Assembly: GCA_047967505.1 (NCBI GenBank)
Contig: CM106538.1
Source of the DNA: Dipteris shenzhenensis
Lineage: Eukaryota
Reading direction: 5' to 3' (one strand)
DNA: 64,000 nt
This document shows positions 1 to 11,791 of the stretch, one piece after another (within the stretch, counting starts at the first letter, position 1; each line of letters opens with the position of its first letter). The notes under the pieces are model-generated. The model worked only from the letters and a program-made list of their open reading frames with translations. It did no database searches and was not told where the DNA came from. A program made the position numbers and the translations under genes.

Positions 1-210
1 AGAGCAGGAGTAGGAGCTATGGATGTAGATGTGATGGATGAAGATGAACTAGTTGCAGCAGCAGCTAGCCTAGTTTCATCACCACTCACAATGTCCCACA
101 AGCCCTTGCCAACCAAAATATTGCGGAGCATAAATGACCACAAGGCATAGTTTGATCCTTCCAATTTATCCCCTTTTAGTGATAGTGCCAAAGCTTTCAG
201 AAAGAGACAT
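1..210 (-). pseudogene. Copia gag N-terminus (frameshift near start)
   Basis: Manual minus-strand translation gives LKGDKLEGSNYALWSFMLRNILVGKGLWDIV, a typical Copia gag N-terminal motif. ATG at 210. Confidence 0.8.
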
Positions 211-811
211 TATTCCTGACAAATAACTGACAAGAAGATTTGGGTGTCCAAGAAGCAGGAAAAGAGCGCTGAAGCAAATCGATTTGAAGTAGGAGCTTCC
301 GAGGTGGATGTCAGTTTGATTCGGGGCTGGAAATTGCTGAGAAGAGCACCAATGTAGCAGTAGATGAACTCGTATTGAAGAAGATGGCTGCTGCTACTGA
401 GAAGAGCATCAATGCAACTATAGGAGACTGCTGTAGGCAGTAAAAAACAGCAAGAGGAGATGCCGAAAAGTGCTGGAAATCAGGGCGACCTGAAGTAGAA
501 GCCCCCGGGCTCAAGGGCGACCTCAAAAAGAGGGGCGAAGTGAAGGCGACTTGATCTGAAGCTGTTCGGCCTGAAGTCTGAAAATCAGCAACATTGGTTG
601 TCGACCAAGTCCTGGAGAAAGGCGACCTGAAGAAGACCTCCCGGGGCAGCAAAAAACTCAAGTTCTTCACAGCAACTGACTGAAAAACGAGCTGGAAACT
701 GAAGTGGGCTGAATGTAGGATTGAGAGCAACACGAGGACACGAGAGAACTTGCCACAAGACGGAAGGCAAGGCTGAATCTCGGTTCAAGTGACTGAGGCT
801 CTGATACCACT

Positions 812-996
812 TGAAGGAACACAAATGGAGACAAAAGTGAACACCAGTGAATGGATGTGCTCACACACGAAAGCTCCAACAGATGTTCAATAGATAAGAA
901 TACAAAGTACTTGGCATATATAGTGACCAAGTAGAACATAAAAATAAACCAAGTACTAGACTAGCCTACAAGGTCATATCTTTGTATATGTCTACA
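812..996 (-). repeat. Putative 5' LTR of the left-edge Copia
   Basis: TG...CA ends; lies between the PBS and the junction with Gypsy sequence. Partner LTR is not in the window. Confidence 0.65.
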
Positions 997-3900
997 GTAC
1001 CACCACGTCAACTTGAAGGAGCCACACTCTCTAGCATCCTAAGTTGCCCTGTGTCAATTCCCATCGGAATCCTCCTATGGAATTGTCCCAATCTATGGGA
1101 GAGTTTCAAAGGATGGATTGAACTCACAAATCCCCCTCCACCTATGAACGACATCGAGGATATCACTGTGCGGATGGGTGAGAGAGATGACATATGCAAC
1201 ATTACTATGCCTTTGATCCACAAGCCATATAATGAAGTCAAAGCCATAGTGGATGGTGGAGCAGGTGTAAATGTCCTATCAAAGGAGTTCTATGAAGAAT
1301 GGGGTCTCCCACCAATGCAAAAGGCTAATTTTAACATACACCTTGCCAATGATTCCCGGGCTAAACCCTTGGGAATAGTGAATGTTGTGTCCACAAAGAT
1401 CGCAAGAGTCTACTTTTCCTTTCAATTCAAAATCTTGGATCTCCCCAAAAAATCCTATCAAATCTTACTGGGACGTCCTTGGTTACAAGAAGCATCAGTC
1501 CTCCATGACTGGGGAATTGATAGACTAACAATCCAGAATCGCGACATTGCAGTCAGGGTGAATGTGGGGACAGGAGCTATTAAACCAATTGTGCCTAGAG
1601 CATTGGATGACACATCTTCAACAACAATCTCAAGCAAATCAGCTTTCTTGCAATAGCATGCCATAGCAGGTGACTCATAAAGCAATGCCAATAACTGGAT
1701 ACAAACATTGGCAACCATCCACAACTGACATTCATTAGATCCCATCTTCTCACAGATAGATGCTTAGTGCTACAGGTAGATCCTCCACTCCCACATGAAG
1801 AACTAATCGATCTAGAGATGCCATTCTTTATGGCTAAACTCGAGTGGGATAATGAACCTGAAGAAGATACCCATACCAATGATGACTCAGATTTTCCTTG
1901 GGACCTTGAAACAAATGTTGAGAATGCTAAAATTGAAGGTCAAATCTTTGATAATGACTTAGACATTCTGCATGCCCTAATGGCAGTCGAGCTCCCAAAA
2001 GTTAAACCTCCAAAGTTGAATAATAGCAAAAGATCCCACAAGAAAGCTGGAGGAAATCGCAAAAAAGCCAAGGCCGCGAGCACTTCAATGAATTCGAACA
2101 AGTCCAATCAAGGATCATCGAATTGTACCTTGCAAAGTTAGCTCCCTCAAAATCAGAACCACTGCCTCTTGAATGGTCCCTTGAGGGACTGGAAGGAGTA
2201 TGCGCAGCAAATGAACCCTTGGCAACACCTTACCAGTGGAAAAGTTACCCCACAGTTCCCAACGTAAGAAGTTTTGAAAGTATAAGCCACATATGCAAAT
2301 GAAGCTCAATCAAGAGACTTCAGAAAAAGAAAGTCAAAATGAGCCTAACAAATTGGTAAATGAAACGATGCAACCCAGTACACATGGCATATGTCAGGCT
2401 AGTTCAACACCATCAAAGGTCAATCTTCGAGAAGTGCCGGAATACTTCAAGAATTACACTAGTGGTAGTGCACCAATAGCAATGCCAAGACCACTAAGAG
2501 AATCTGAAGTTCAAGAAACTGATAGCATTGGAGAAACTCCAATCTATGAGGGACTGGCAAAAACACGCACAATAAACCTCGCCCTTGAAGGGGAGGAAGA
2601 AAAACTGGTTTTCATTGGGAAACAACTTCGACAAGAAGATGAAACCAAACTCAAAGCACTCCTAATGGAATACCATGACTACCTTGCATGGTCATAGAAA
2701 GAGATGAAAGGAATTTCACCAAAAGTGGCAGTACACACAATACCTATAAGGGAAGGTGCTCACCCTAAGGTATGTGGACCTTATCGCACAAATCCTAAAT
2801 ATGGCACCATGGTTTATGACGAGCTGGAAAAACTCCTAGATGTCGGATTCATCCACGAGATAGAGCACATTGATTGGGTTTCACCCATTGTCATTGTGCC
2901 TAAATGCAACAAGAAGCTCAAAATATGCATAAACTTACAAAATATGAATGCTGCCACAATTAGGGATCACTATCCCCTACCTTTAACAAAAATACTGTCG
3001 GAAAAGTTGGCAACTTAAAAAATATATAGATTCTTGGATGGCTTCAGTGGCTATAACCAAGTGCAAATCGCTCCTACAGACCAATCAAAGACAACATTTC
3101 TATAGAATGGGGTATTTTTACAAATAGAGTCATGCCATTTGGCCTTTGTAATGCCCCGGCCACATTCCAGCGAGTCATGTTCATAGCTTTCAAGTCATTT
3201 TTGAATAAGTTTTTACAGGTGTTCTTGGATGATTTTTGCATCCATTCAAACAAACAAGACCACTTCAAATGTCTTGAAGCAGCACTAATCAAATGCAGGG
3301 AGTATGGCATTTCCCTAAATCCAACAAAATGCCAGTTCATGGTCACCCACGGAGTTGTTTTGGGACACATCGTCTCTCAACATGGGATTGCAGCTGACAT
3401 GGATAAAATCAAAATCATCATGGAATTGCCTCCCTACAAATTCCAAAGGTGTACAGGTCTTTATGGGACATGCTGGCGATTATAGAAGATTTATATTGTG
3501 GTATGCCATGATAGCTAGACCACTTTACAAATTATTAGTGGATTTCTTATGGATCGAAGAGTGCGACCAAGCCTTTGAGCTTCTAAAGTGGCGCCTAATC
3601 ATAGCTCCCATCCTTATATCTCCCAATTGGGATATTGATTTTCATGTTCATACTGATGGATCCAAGTATGCAATTGGGAGTGTGCTTTATCAACCTGGTG
3701 AACATAAGAAAGACTACCCATTCTACTTTGCCAGTCGACAACTCAATGATGCAGAGATCAACTATACCACCATAGAAAGAGAAGCCCTAGCAATGGTGTA
3801 TAGTGTCAAGAAATTTTGGCACTATCTACTGGCAAATGATTTTGTCTTCTACACCGACCATCAAGCATTGCTTTATCTTGTGAATCGTCCTTGTACAATA

Positions 3901-5330
3901 GGAAGAATAACCAAATGGCTCCTCTTGCTTCAAGAATTCAACTTCAAAATAGTGGTCCGCAAAGGTGCCCAACACTACATTACTGATCACATGTCTCATG
4001 TCAAGTCGAGAGAAGAAGCCACTAGAGTAGAAGATGACTTACTAGATGCCACACTATTTCAAATAGATGCTGTTCCAGAGTGGTGTGGAGATATCATTGG
4101 GTACTTGATGGTAGGAAGACCACCCCCTGAAATGAGAGCAGTAGATGCTAGAAAATTGATTCTAAAGGCTGCACCCTATCAACTCATTGTAGGACAACTG
4201 TATAAGATGGGCAAGGATCATATTTAAGAAGATGTGTAACGCCTCATGAGATCATGCCAATCCTGAGTGAAGTCCATGAAGGCATTGTAGGAGGACACTT
4301 CCAAGGGGAAGCCACAGCAAGAAAAGTTCTCCTCACAGGCTACTGGTGGCCAACGCTATGGGCAGATGCCTATGAATATGTAAAAGGTCGTGATGTATGC
4401 TAATAGACTACTAAACCACAACACAAAGACTTCAATCCCCTAACAATAGTTGTTGCACAAAAACCACTTGAAAAATGGAGGATTGACTATGTGGGTCCCA
4501 TACATCCAGCAGCAAAAGGAACACAAGCATGCTACATCATTGTGGCCATTGATTACTTTACAAAATGGGCTGAAGCTAAAGCAGTCAGAAAGGCAGATGC
4601 TAAAAGCATAGCAAGATTCTTATATGAAAATGTGATCACCTGATTCAGATGCCCCATTGAAATTGTGTCAGATAGAGGCACACATTTTGTCAATGAGGTA
4701 ATCCAAGAACTCTTGTCTCATTTCATGGTAATCAATACAGAAAGCACACCCTACTATCTCCAAGGGAATGGACAGGCTGAATCCACCAACAAAATAATAT
4801 GCATTATCCTCACCAAGGTAGTAGAACCATAGCATTCTGATTGGGCAGAGAAACTGAATGCAGCCTTATGGGCATTCAGAACCACATTCAAGGTCAGCAC
4901 AAGGAACACACCTTTTCAATTGGTGTATGGCCTTGAAGCTATGGTCCCACTCGAATTTGTAATACCAAGCCTATGCATATCAGTATAGGAATGCATGGGA
5001 GACCATGAATCCTTGCAAGAAAGGCTCAATTAGTTGAGGAAGCATACAAAGACAAGATTAGTCGCCTACCATGCCATGACAATAGAAAAATGTGGAAGAA
5101 AGGCATGGTTTGATATAAATTTGAAAGCTAAAGACATTAAGGAAGGCGACTTAGTCCTGTTATACAATGCCAAAGTACACAAGGGGAAACTAAAGTATCT
5201 AGGTCAAGGACCCTACCGAGTACGAAAGATGAATCCCATCAAAGCTTTGCTGCTAGAAACATTGGATGGAGTCCAATTCAACACAATAATAAAGGGGAGC
5301 TGATTGAAGCGCTACTACAACAACATGTAA
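997..5330 (+). pseudogene. Gypsy pol (protease-RT-RNase H-integrase), many stops and frameshifts
   Basis: IVDGGAGVN protease; MPFGLCNAPATFQ and FLDD (RT); TDGS..IG, NY..EREALA, TDH (RNase H); GPY motif in the integrase C-terminus. Confidence 0.95.
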
Positions 5331-5522
5331 GCCATCCTCGACAAAAACAAAGATTTGGGAAACCAAGTCTTCCTTAGGATTAGATTGTATCATGAGCACT
5401 CACTTGCATATGTACGTCTTCGCAAATATAGGTAGCATCAATCAATTTTAAGCTAGGGCTCAGAAGTGATGCCTGAGTTCTAGCTGCCCTATGAAAACCC
5501 CAGTAATAAAAAAAGCATATAG

Positions 5523-5554
5523 CATTAGGAAAAAAGGGAGCTCATTTTGGGGCC
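5523..5554 (+). repeat. Left TIR CATTAGGAAAAAAGGGAGCTCATTTTGGGGCC
   Basis: Reverse complement of 12820-12851 with 2 mismatches. Confidence 0.92.
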
Positions 5555-6013
5555 TTTTACGGTTTGGAAAAATAAGCTCTCAACCAATCAATAGAAGGCC
5601 AACGTAACGTTGAAAATTCACGAAAATAAGAGAAAATAGAAAAAAGAAACAATACTTTATGTAAGTACAAGCGTGCTACATTAATGAGGAGATTGGTTTT
5701 TTATTCGTAGAAGATCTTTGGACAAGAAGATAGAATCTAAACTGACATTTTATCTGACAAGATCCTTCCCGCTTCCACCTTCCTTTGAATTTTCAAATAT
5801 TGTGCCGCCTTTCGTGCGAAAGGTCTACCATTCTACACCATTGCCTCATTGTGCAACTGCCTTCCTTTTCCAAAACTGCTCCCTTGATCCTGTTTGGTGT
5901 AGAGTAAGATGTTTCTCGTCAACTGTCTGTTTGCCCACTTTCTCTTTCTTGAAACTTCAAATTGTTATCTTAGTTACATTACTTTGCTATTCTTACAGAT
6001 TCAGAAAATCTCC

Positions 6014-7453
6014 ATGGTGAACCAAAACCACGGCCGTTCTTGTGCAAGACGCTCTGTGGATGATAATGCTACGAAGGCAGAATTATACCAAACATCCTTA
6101 CCCCGTCGACCTGCTTCTTCTATTTCGTCGGTAGAGAATTCAAGTACAGTCAAAACAGAAGGAACTTGGGAAAGGTTTAGTGTTTCGAAAGGAGCATGGG
6201 TGCTCATGCAACCTAGCAAAAGAAAAAGACCCCAGACAAAAAACATTTTCTTGGCATCGTGGAAGGGAAGAGTACGAGATTTTAAAATCACCAAAGGGAA
6301 GATATCCGTGAAAGAAGTTTTGATTCAGCACGTGTACATGCATAAAGAACTTGTCTTGCGAGACTATCCAAAAAATCTTCCGCAACACAGGCCTAATTGT
6401 ATATTTTTCTATTGTGGTTTTTTCCTTCATGAGGTGTATGGATTTTTAAGATGAAGCTTTCTCTCTTAACTTATTGACATTCTTGTGTTGTTTTATTTCA
6501 GATTTATATCCTTCATCGTATGAGACATGGCAAAACATCGATTGTATTTTGGGATTTATAGATGTTCTGCATGGATCGATAGGAGAACAACAATACCAAG
6601 GTCGATGTGCAACAGAGCTAGCTCAATCGGGTATATTTTTTACTGATCATTTTTATCAGTTGCTGGACAAAGCTAACACACATGGTGTATTAATAAAACA
6701 AGACCTTCCGGCATGGAATTCGGTGGATTGGCCTCACCCACATTCTAGTGTTACAGAGGCATATAGGGCGAAGCTTTTTACAGAAGTACAGAAAGCTCTG
6801 AGGCCCAATATTGCCACTAGGATAGTAAAAATTTCTTTGTGCATGCCTCTCACAGTTTTTGTAGACTTGTTTAATACCTTTCCAGTAAAGGTTTCAAAAA
6901 CAATGCTCACAGTTAAAGCAACAAATTCGGCATGCATGCCACAATTTTTGGATAAAGGTTGGGATAAGAAGACATGTAGTTCAGTGTTTTGTGAGGTGGT
7001 CCAACCTTCTATGCAACTGAAGTACATGGTTGCATCACAAAATCTTATTTTCTCTTTTTATTACAAGCGCAGTCGAATGCTAGGTTCAAAGCTTGTCCCA
7101 ATGGACCAAGATGAAGAGTCGTTTGGTGCACAAAATAAACTTATTGATATTGATGTTCTTGAGAATGGTGATGTGGTAGCCAGTATCTCGTTAAGAGAAT
7201 GTTGCTCCCTAGCTCAATTACGCAGTGACATTCTGTTTGAGACTGAAGGTTCTATCTCAAACGACTTTTTATTTATCTACAAGAACAGAAAGGTACACCA
7301 TCTGATTTATCCTAGTCTCTATAAGCATTGCTATTAGTTTAATTTACCACTCTAATTCATATTGCTTTTTTGCAGTTACTCAGAAGAAGAGAGAGCTCAG
7401 TTAAATGCAAAGACATAGAAAATTTTAAAATTGAGATCACACATACTCCATAA
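6014..7453 (+). CDS. Spliced ~417-aa protein: N-terminal BAH-like domain, unknown middle domain, C-terminal ubiquitin-like (beta-grasp) domain
   Basis: Exons 6014-6398, 6502-7292 and 7376-7453 are joined by GT-AG introns that keep frame with no stop. BAH-like pattern: WVLM..WKGRV..VLIQHVYMHKEL..PNYLYPSSYETWQNIDCILGFIDVL. Ubl-like pattern: SLAQLRSDI..DFLFIYKNRKL..RESSVKCKDI. Domain names are from pattern recognition only. Confidence 0.7.
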
Positions 7454-7537
7454 AGAAAGGTTTTGTATTCAATCAAGTAAGATTTTGTACAGAATTGTTT
7501 AGCTGAATCTGTAGAACATATTTCTAACATCCATTTT

Positions 7538-9632
7538 CTATTTATGTACAGTTTCATCCAGAGGCTGCTCTACATTTTCTGGAGGATCTTCTCTCTGCTG
7601 CTCCATCCTGTCCGTGCTTCATCCTGTCTCCTCCACTGCCCCAGAAGCCTCTCTTTGCTGCTTCTCCACCTTCTCCTCAACATCAACAGCAGGTCTTTGC
7701 TCCTGTGTCTGCTCCTCCTCAGCACTCTGTGATTGCTCCTGTGGCTTCTGGTCCTCAACATCAGGTGCTTCATATGTGGGATCAAGGTGTATGACACCTT
7801 CTTGTACTTTAGAGCTTTCACCCAGCTCCACAGTAGCTGCTACAATAGGTTTGGGGGAGGCATAGCTCAAAAACCTCAAAATTGTATGAGCTCTAAAATT
7901 ATGTACATAGTTGGGGCTGAAGCTATCCTCTTTCATCTGCAATGGCAGAGGATAATTTAGAACACTTTGTATCATTATGAATTATATTCAAGCTAAATGA
8001 AAAGTATTTTTCCTTACCAGATCTGGCTGTTCCTTTTCAAAGTAGCTTGAAAGTATATATTTTGCATTGATCAGCACCCTCCATCCACAACTACTTGAAT
8101 CATTTTGTTGTGGTGTCTGTACAGTTAGAAAAAAATGTTAGAAACTGTGAGCATCAGCACAAAACAAAATTATTCAATAAGTTCAAAGACATAGCATTTA
8201 ATAGACCTTTTACCTGTAGACTTAATGGCTCTATTGAATCCAACAGAGAGACATTTGGAGGACAATGATCCAATGCATCTAATAGCCTTCTAATACAACT
8301 GCAATATGTATAATTTAGTTAGTATGGTATCAAAATAATGAAGTTTTGAGTTCAGAAAGCACACACAGTAGTTACAATTTCAGCTCTCTGTGTGTGTTTT
8401 TTAGAGAGTTGAATAGAAAGCACTGCTTCTGCTAGATGTCAATAGACACAAAACTCCAGTGGTCACTGCATAAGGAAAAAAGCATAAGCAAATGAAAGGC
8501 TACAAGAGTTCCCAATATTAAAGAAGAATCTTAAAAGAAGTAGTCACCCACATACCTGCTATGATATGGAAGTAGCAAAATGTCAATTACTTCAAAATTG
8601 CAGTGTTTGAACCAGCTGGAAATACTCATGGGAGTCTCTTTTGCATCTCTTAATCTAGAAGAAATGGCTGGATCAACAATATGGACTGTATGTTGTACAG
8701 AGGGATGAAGCCAGCTTCTCATCATGCTGCATAGGATCAGAACATAATTAGGGTAGGTTATAAAAGAGTTACAAGGAGGATTGATTTGCAAAAAATGTAA
8801 AATCTAAAGACACTTACTAGAGCATTGCAAGAATGATAGTATCTGAGCAATACTCATTCTTGTTAGCCAATGCTGCTAAGCATTGTTTTGTCAAATCAAA
8901 ATCATTGACTGAAACTTCATCCTCAATATGTACAACTACATCAGGGCCCAGCTCCTTCAACCTTCTATGTATGTGTAGCTCCTTCTTTCCAGTTTCCACA
9001 TCTATCACAGATTTTGTTTCTTTTACTTGCTGCTTCAGTGAGTCCTCATAAGCAGCCTTCCCTCTGGTGTTCTTTGAGTGTGTTACCTCAACAACCTTTA
9101 CCTCATCAACCTTGACCTTCCTTGTAGGTGGAATTAGCAATATATCTCTCATTTTGATGTCCTGCCATTCCACAGGATGAACCAGCTTGTCATATCTCCA
9201 TCTCACTCTGGACAAAGTGTTGAAATCTTTGGCCATCAAAGTCACCCTGTGAGCATGGGCTGCTACAAGCATTGCATCCTCAAAATATTTCTCCAGGTAA
9301 TCCTCTGCCATTTCCTGCAAGGAAAGAATGGCAGTTCTATTCCACCTGAACCCAAGGTTCCAACTGTCACAAATTTCTCTCACCAGTCTTTGAAAGGGTG
9401 CTTTGGGTATTGCAAAACCTATGGCTTTCTGTTGCCTCCTTATTTCCCTAAGCACACCTGCACCCTTATTCAATCTTTTGGCCTTTTGCTTGAGCAAGCT
9501 CATTGGCTTACCCTTCTTGCCATGTGAAGCTCTTCCCTTTGGAGGAACACTAAACTTCTTGGAACCTGTCCCAGCTGCTGTTGCTGCTGGTCCTTTGCCA
9601 ACTTGCCTTGCAGTTGATTTGGTTCTTGCCAT
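7538..9632 (-). pseudogene. Histone H3-like domain fused to a Ulp1/C48 SUMO protease plus acidic tail (6 coding exons; premature stop in exon 3)
   Basis: Exons 9632-8818, 8726-8556, 8465-8376, 8298-8214, 8116-8018 and 7936-7619 (or 7538). All five introns are GT-AG, 77-97 nt, and phase-compatible. H3 motifs: ARTKSTAR, LREIRRQQK, PFQRLVREI, LQEMAEDYL, HAHRVTLMAKD. Ulp1 motifs: DILLLPYH, DHWSFVSID, FNSL, PQQNDSSSCG. In-frame TAG at 8434-8432. Confidence 0.88.
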
Positions 9633-9689
9633 CACTCTGAAAAACTGCATACAAAGGATTGGAAAGAGATCAAAGACATGAAGAACATG

Positions 9690-10600
9690 TTTTTACAAAG
9701 AAAAGGCAATCACAGGGGTGGTAGAAGACAAATAGAGAAATTTGCAATAAAATGCGATATGAGCAGTTTGGAATTTCAAACAGGTCCACATCGCATTTTG
9801 CTGCAAATTTTTTAAATGAAATGCTGGTGCACTCCTACAGTGATTTCTATGTTTCTCCAACCAAATATAGTATGAATGGAGGTCATTCAAGAAGATCACA
9901 TGCAAATATCACACTTGAAGATCTGCATTCCTTCAGTGATTTCTCTGTCTTGGTTTGAGCCTATGCATTTCCATACAGGATGTAATTTTTCTATTTTAGG
10001 CAAGAAGATTGCAGAGGCTAAGGGGAGTCACAAAACCAGACATGTTCTCATTAAGAAAAGGCAATTACAGAGGTGGAAGAAGCCAAATAGACAAATTTAC
10101 AATAAAATGCGATATGAGCAGTTTGGAATTTCAAACAGGTCCACATCGCATTTTGCTGCAAATTTCTGAAATGACATGCTGGTGAACTTCTACAGTGATT
10201 TCTTTGTCTCTCCAGCCAAATACAGTATGAATGGAGTTTATGCAAGAAGACTACAGCTATGGAAGTCAAAAAACCAGAACATGTTCTCACAAAGAGAAGG
10301 CAATCACAGGGGTGGAAGAAGCCAAATAGAGAAATTTGCAATAAAATGCGATATGAGCAGTTTGGAATTTCAAACAGGTCCACATCGCATTTTGCTGCAA
10401 ATTTTCTAAATGACATGCTGGTGCACTCCTACAGTGATTTCTATGTTTCTCCAACCAAATACAGTATGAATGGAGGTTAGGCAAGAAGATCACATGCAAA
10501 TATCACACTTGAAGATCTGCTTTCCTACAGTGATTTCTTTGTCTTGGTTTGAGTCTATGCATTTCCATACAGTATGTTTTTTTTCTATTTTAGGCAAAAA
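9690..10600. repeat. Tandem ~240-355 bp repeats, each containing a ~72-bp imperfect palindrome (3 copies)
   Basis: AATTTGCAATAAAATGCGATATGAGCAGTTTGGAATTTCAAACAGGTCCACATCGCATTTTGCTGCAAATT at ~9739, ~10094 and ~10333. Confidence 0.9.
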
Positions 10601-10830
10601 GATTGCAGAGACTAAGGGGAGAACCCATTGTTCCTGACCTGGAGTCTATCTGTGGATGTGCTGTGCTGCTGAGGAGTAATCTGTGCTGAGGATGATTCTG
10701 TGCTGCTGGACAAGATGCTGATGCTGCAGAGTATGGAGGTAGGGAGGCAAGAGGGCAGAGACTGGAGGGCAAGAGTTCTAAAACAGGATACCACAAAGAA
10801 GTGCAAAATGAATTAAAGAATCACTAAATC

Positions 10831-10910
10831 CCACACGTGTGGAATCTAGTCGTTTTTCACACGTGTGGATGGGACCCAGATCTCTTGGAGTTTGAAATCT
10901 GGCACGTGTG
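10831..10910. promoter_or_regulatory. Cluster of three G-boxes (CACGTG) and a GGGACCCA site; candidate (bidirectional) promoter
   Basis: CCACACGTGTGG at 10831-10842, CACACGTGTG at 10858-10867, GGCACGTGTG at 10901-10910, upstream of the H3-Ulp1 gene. Confidence 0.45.
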
Positions 10911-11329
10911 AAAGTACACTTTATTCCTTGGAACTTGTGCCATTCATTATTTCATCATGAATACCACAACCACTTTTCCCTCCCCTGGATTCCAATCTCT
11001 CATCCCTGCCACGACTCTCTCCTGATCCTTTCTCTCTGATTCTTTCCTGCCCAGCACACTCCATCCAGATTGCAGCCTGCCTGAAGACAGTACTGCCAGA
11101 TCTCCAGGTTACCTAGAGTGCAAGGTTCAAGCTAGAGAAAGAGCAGGAGATTTACCAGTGCAACTCAATCAGCATGGAAAAGGAAAAAAAAGGTCAGAGT
11201 TCTAGTTTGGTTTCAATGTTTTTCAACATTTATTTCTTCCATCCATTGGATTTTTTATGTCCCAATGTCTTCACTCAGCTCCATCCTTCTTCCACAATGT
11301 GGTAAATCACCCAAAAATTAGATTGTAGG

Positions 11330-11791
11330 TTGATATGAACAGAAACAAGAAATTTGCAACAAAATGCGAGGAGAGTGGTTTGGAATTCTCTAAACAGCCC
11401 ATATCGCATTTTGCTGCAAATTCCTGTTGTGGACTCCTTGCTCATGAAAATTTTCATTCATTCCATTTTTTCTCTTGCATATGAGAGCATAGTGTCCAGG
11501 AATCACTGAAATGAAGCAAGTGCTTGATTTGACATGCACATGAACAGAACTTGAGAATTTGCAACAAAATGCGAGGAGAGTGGTTTATAGTTCTCTAAAC
11601 AGCCCATATCGCATTTTGCTGCAAATTCCTGTTGTTGACACATTCCTCATGAATAGTATCACTCATTCCATTATTTCTCTTGCATGTGAGATCATAGTGT
11701 CCAGGAATCACTGAGATGAACCAAGTTCTTGATTTGACATGCACATGACCAGAATTTGAGAATTTGCAACAAAATGCGAGGAGAGTGGTTT
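11330..11791. repeat. Second array (~205-bp unit) with a variant of the same palindrome; third copy truncated
   Basis: AATTTGCAACAAAATGCGAGGAGAGTGGTTT...ATATCGCATTTTGCTGCAAATT at ~11351 and ~11556; partial copy at 11761-11791. Confidence 0.88.

Larger units (their letters stand above)
1..996 (-). mobile_element. 5' end of a Ty1/Copia LTR retrotransposon (continues left of the window), inserted into Gypsy copy 1
   Basis: tRNA-iMet PBS (GCTCTGATACCA on +, 798-809) next to a TG..CA-bounded segment at 812-996. Gypsy homology to 47540ff begins exactly at 997. Confidence 0.8.

Noticed and set aside
311-939. Minus-strand ORFs near the window start
   Set aside because: Copia 5' UTR/LTR sequence containing short GGCGAC repeats; no protein motifs.
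8817-9650. Host canonical H3 or CENH3 gene
   Set aside because: It lies within TIRs inside a retrotransposon, is highly divergent, lacks the CENH3 loop-1 extension and splices to a protease domain.
9690-11791. CRISPR-like array
   Set aside because: Eukaryotic context; repeats of ~72 bp with spacers that are themselves homologous; no cas genes.
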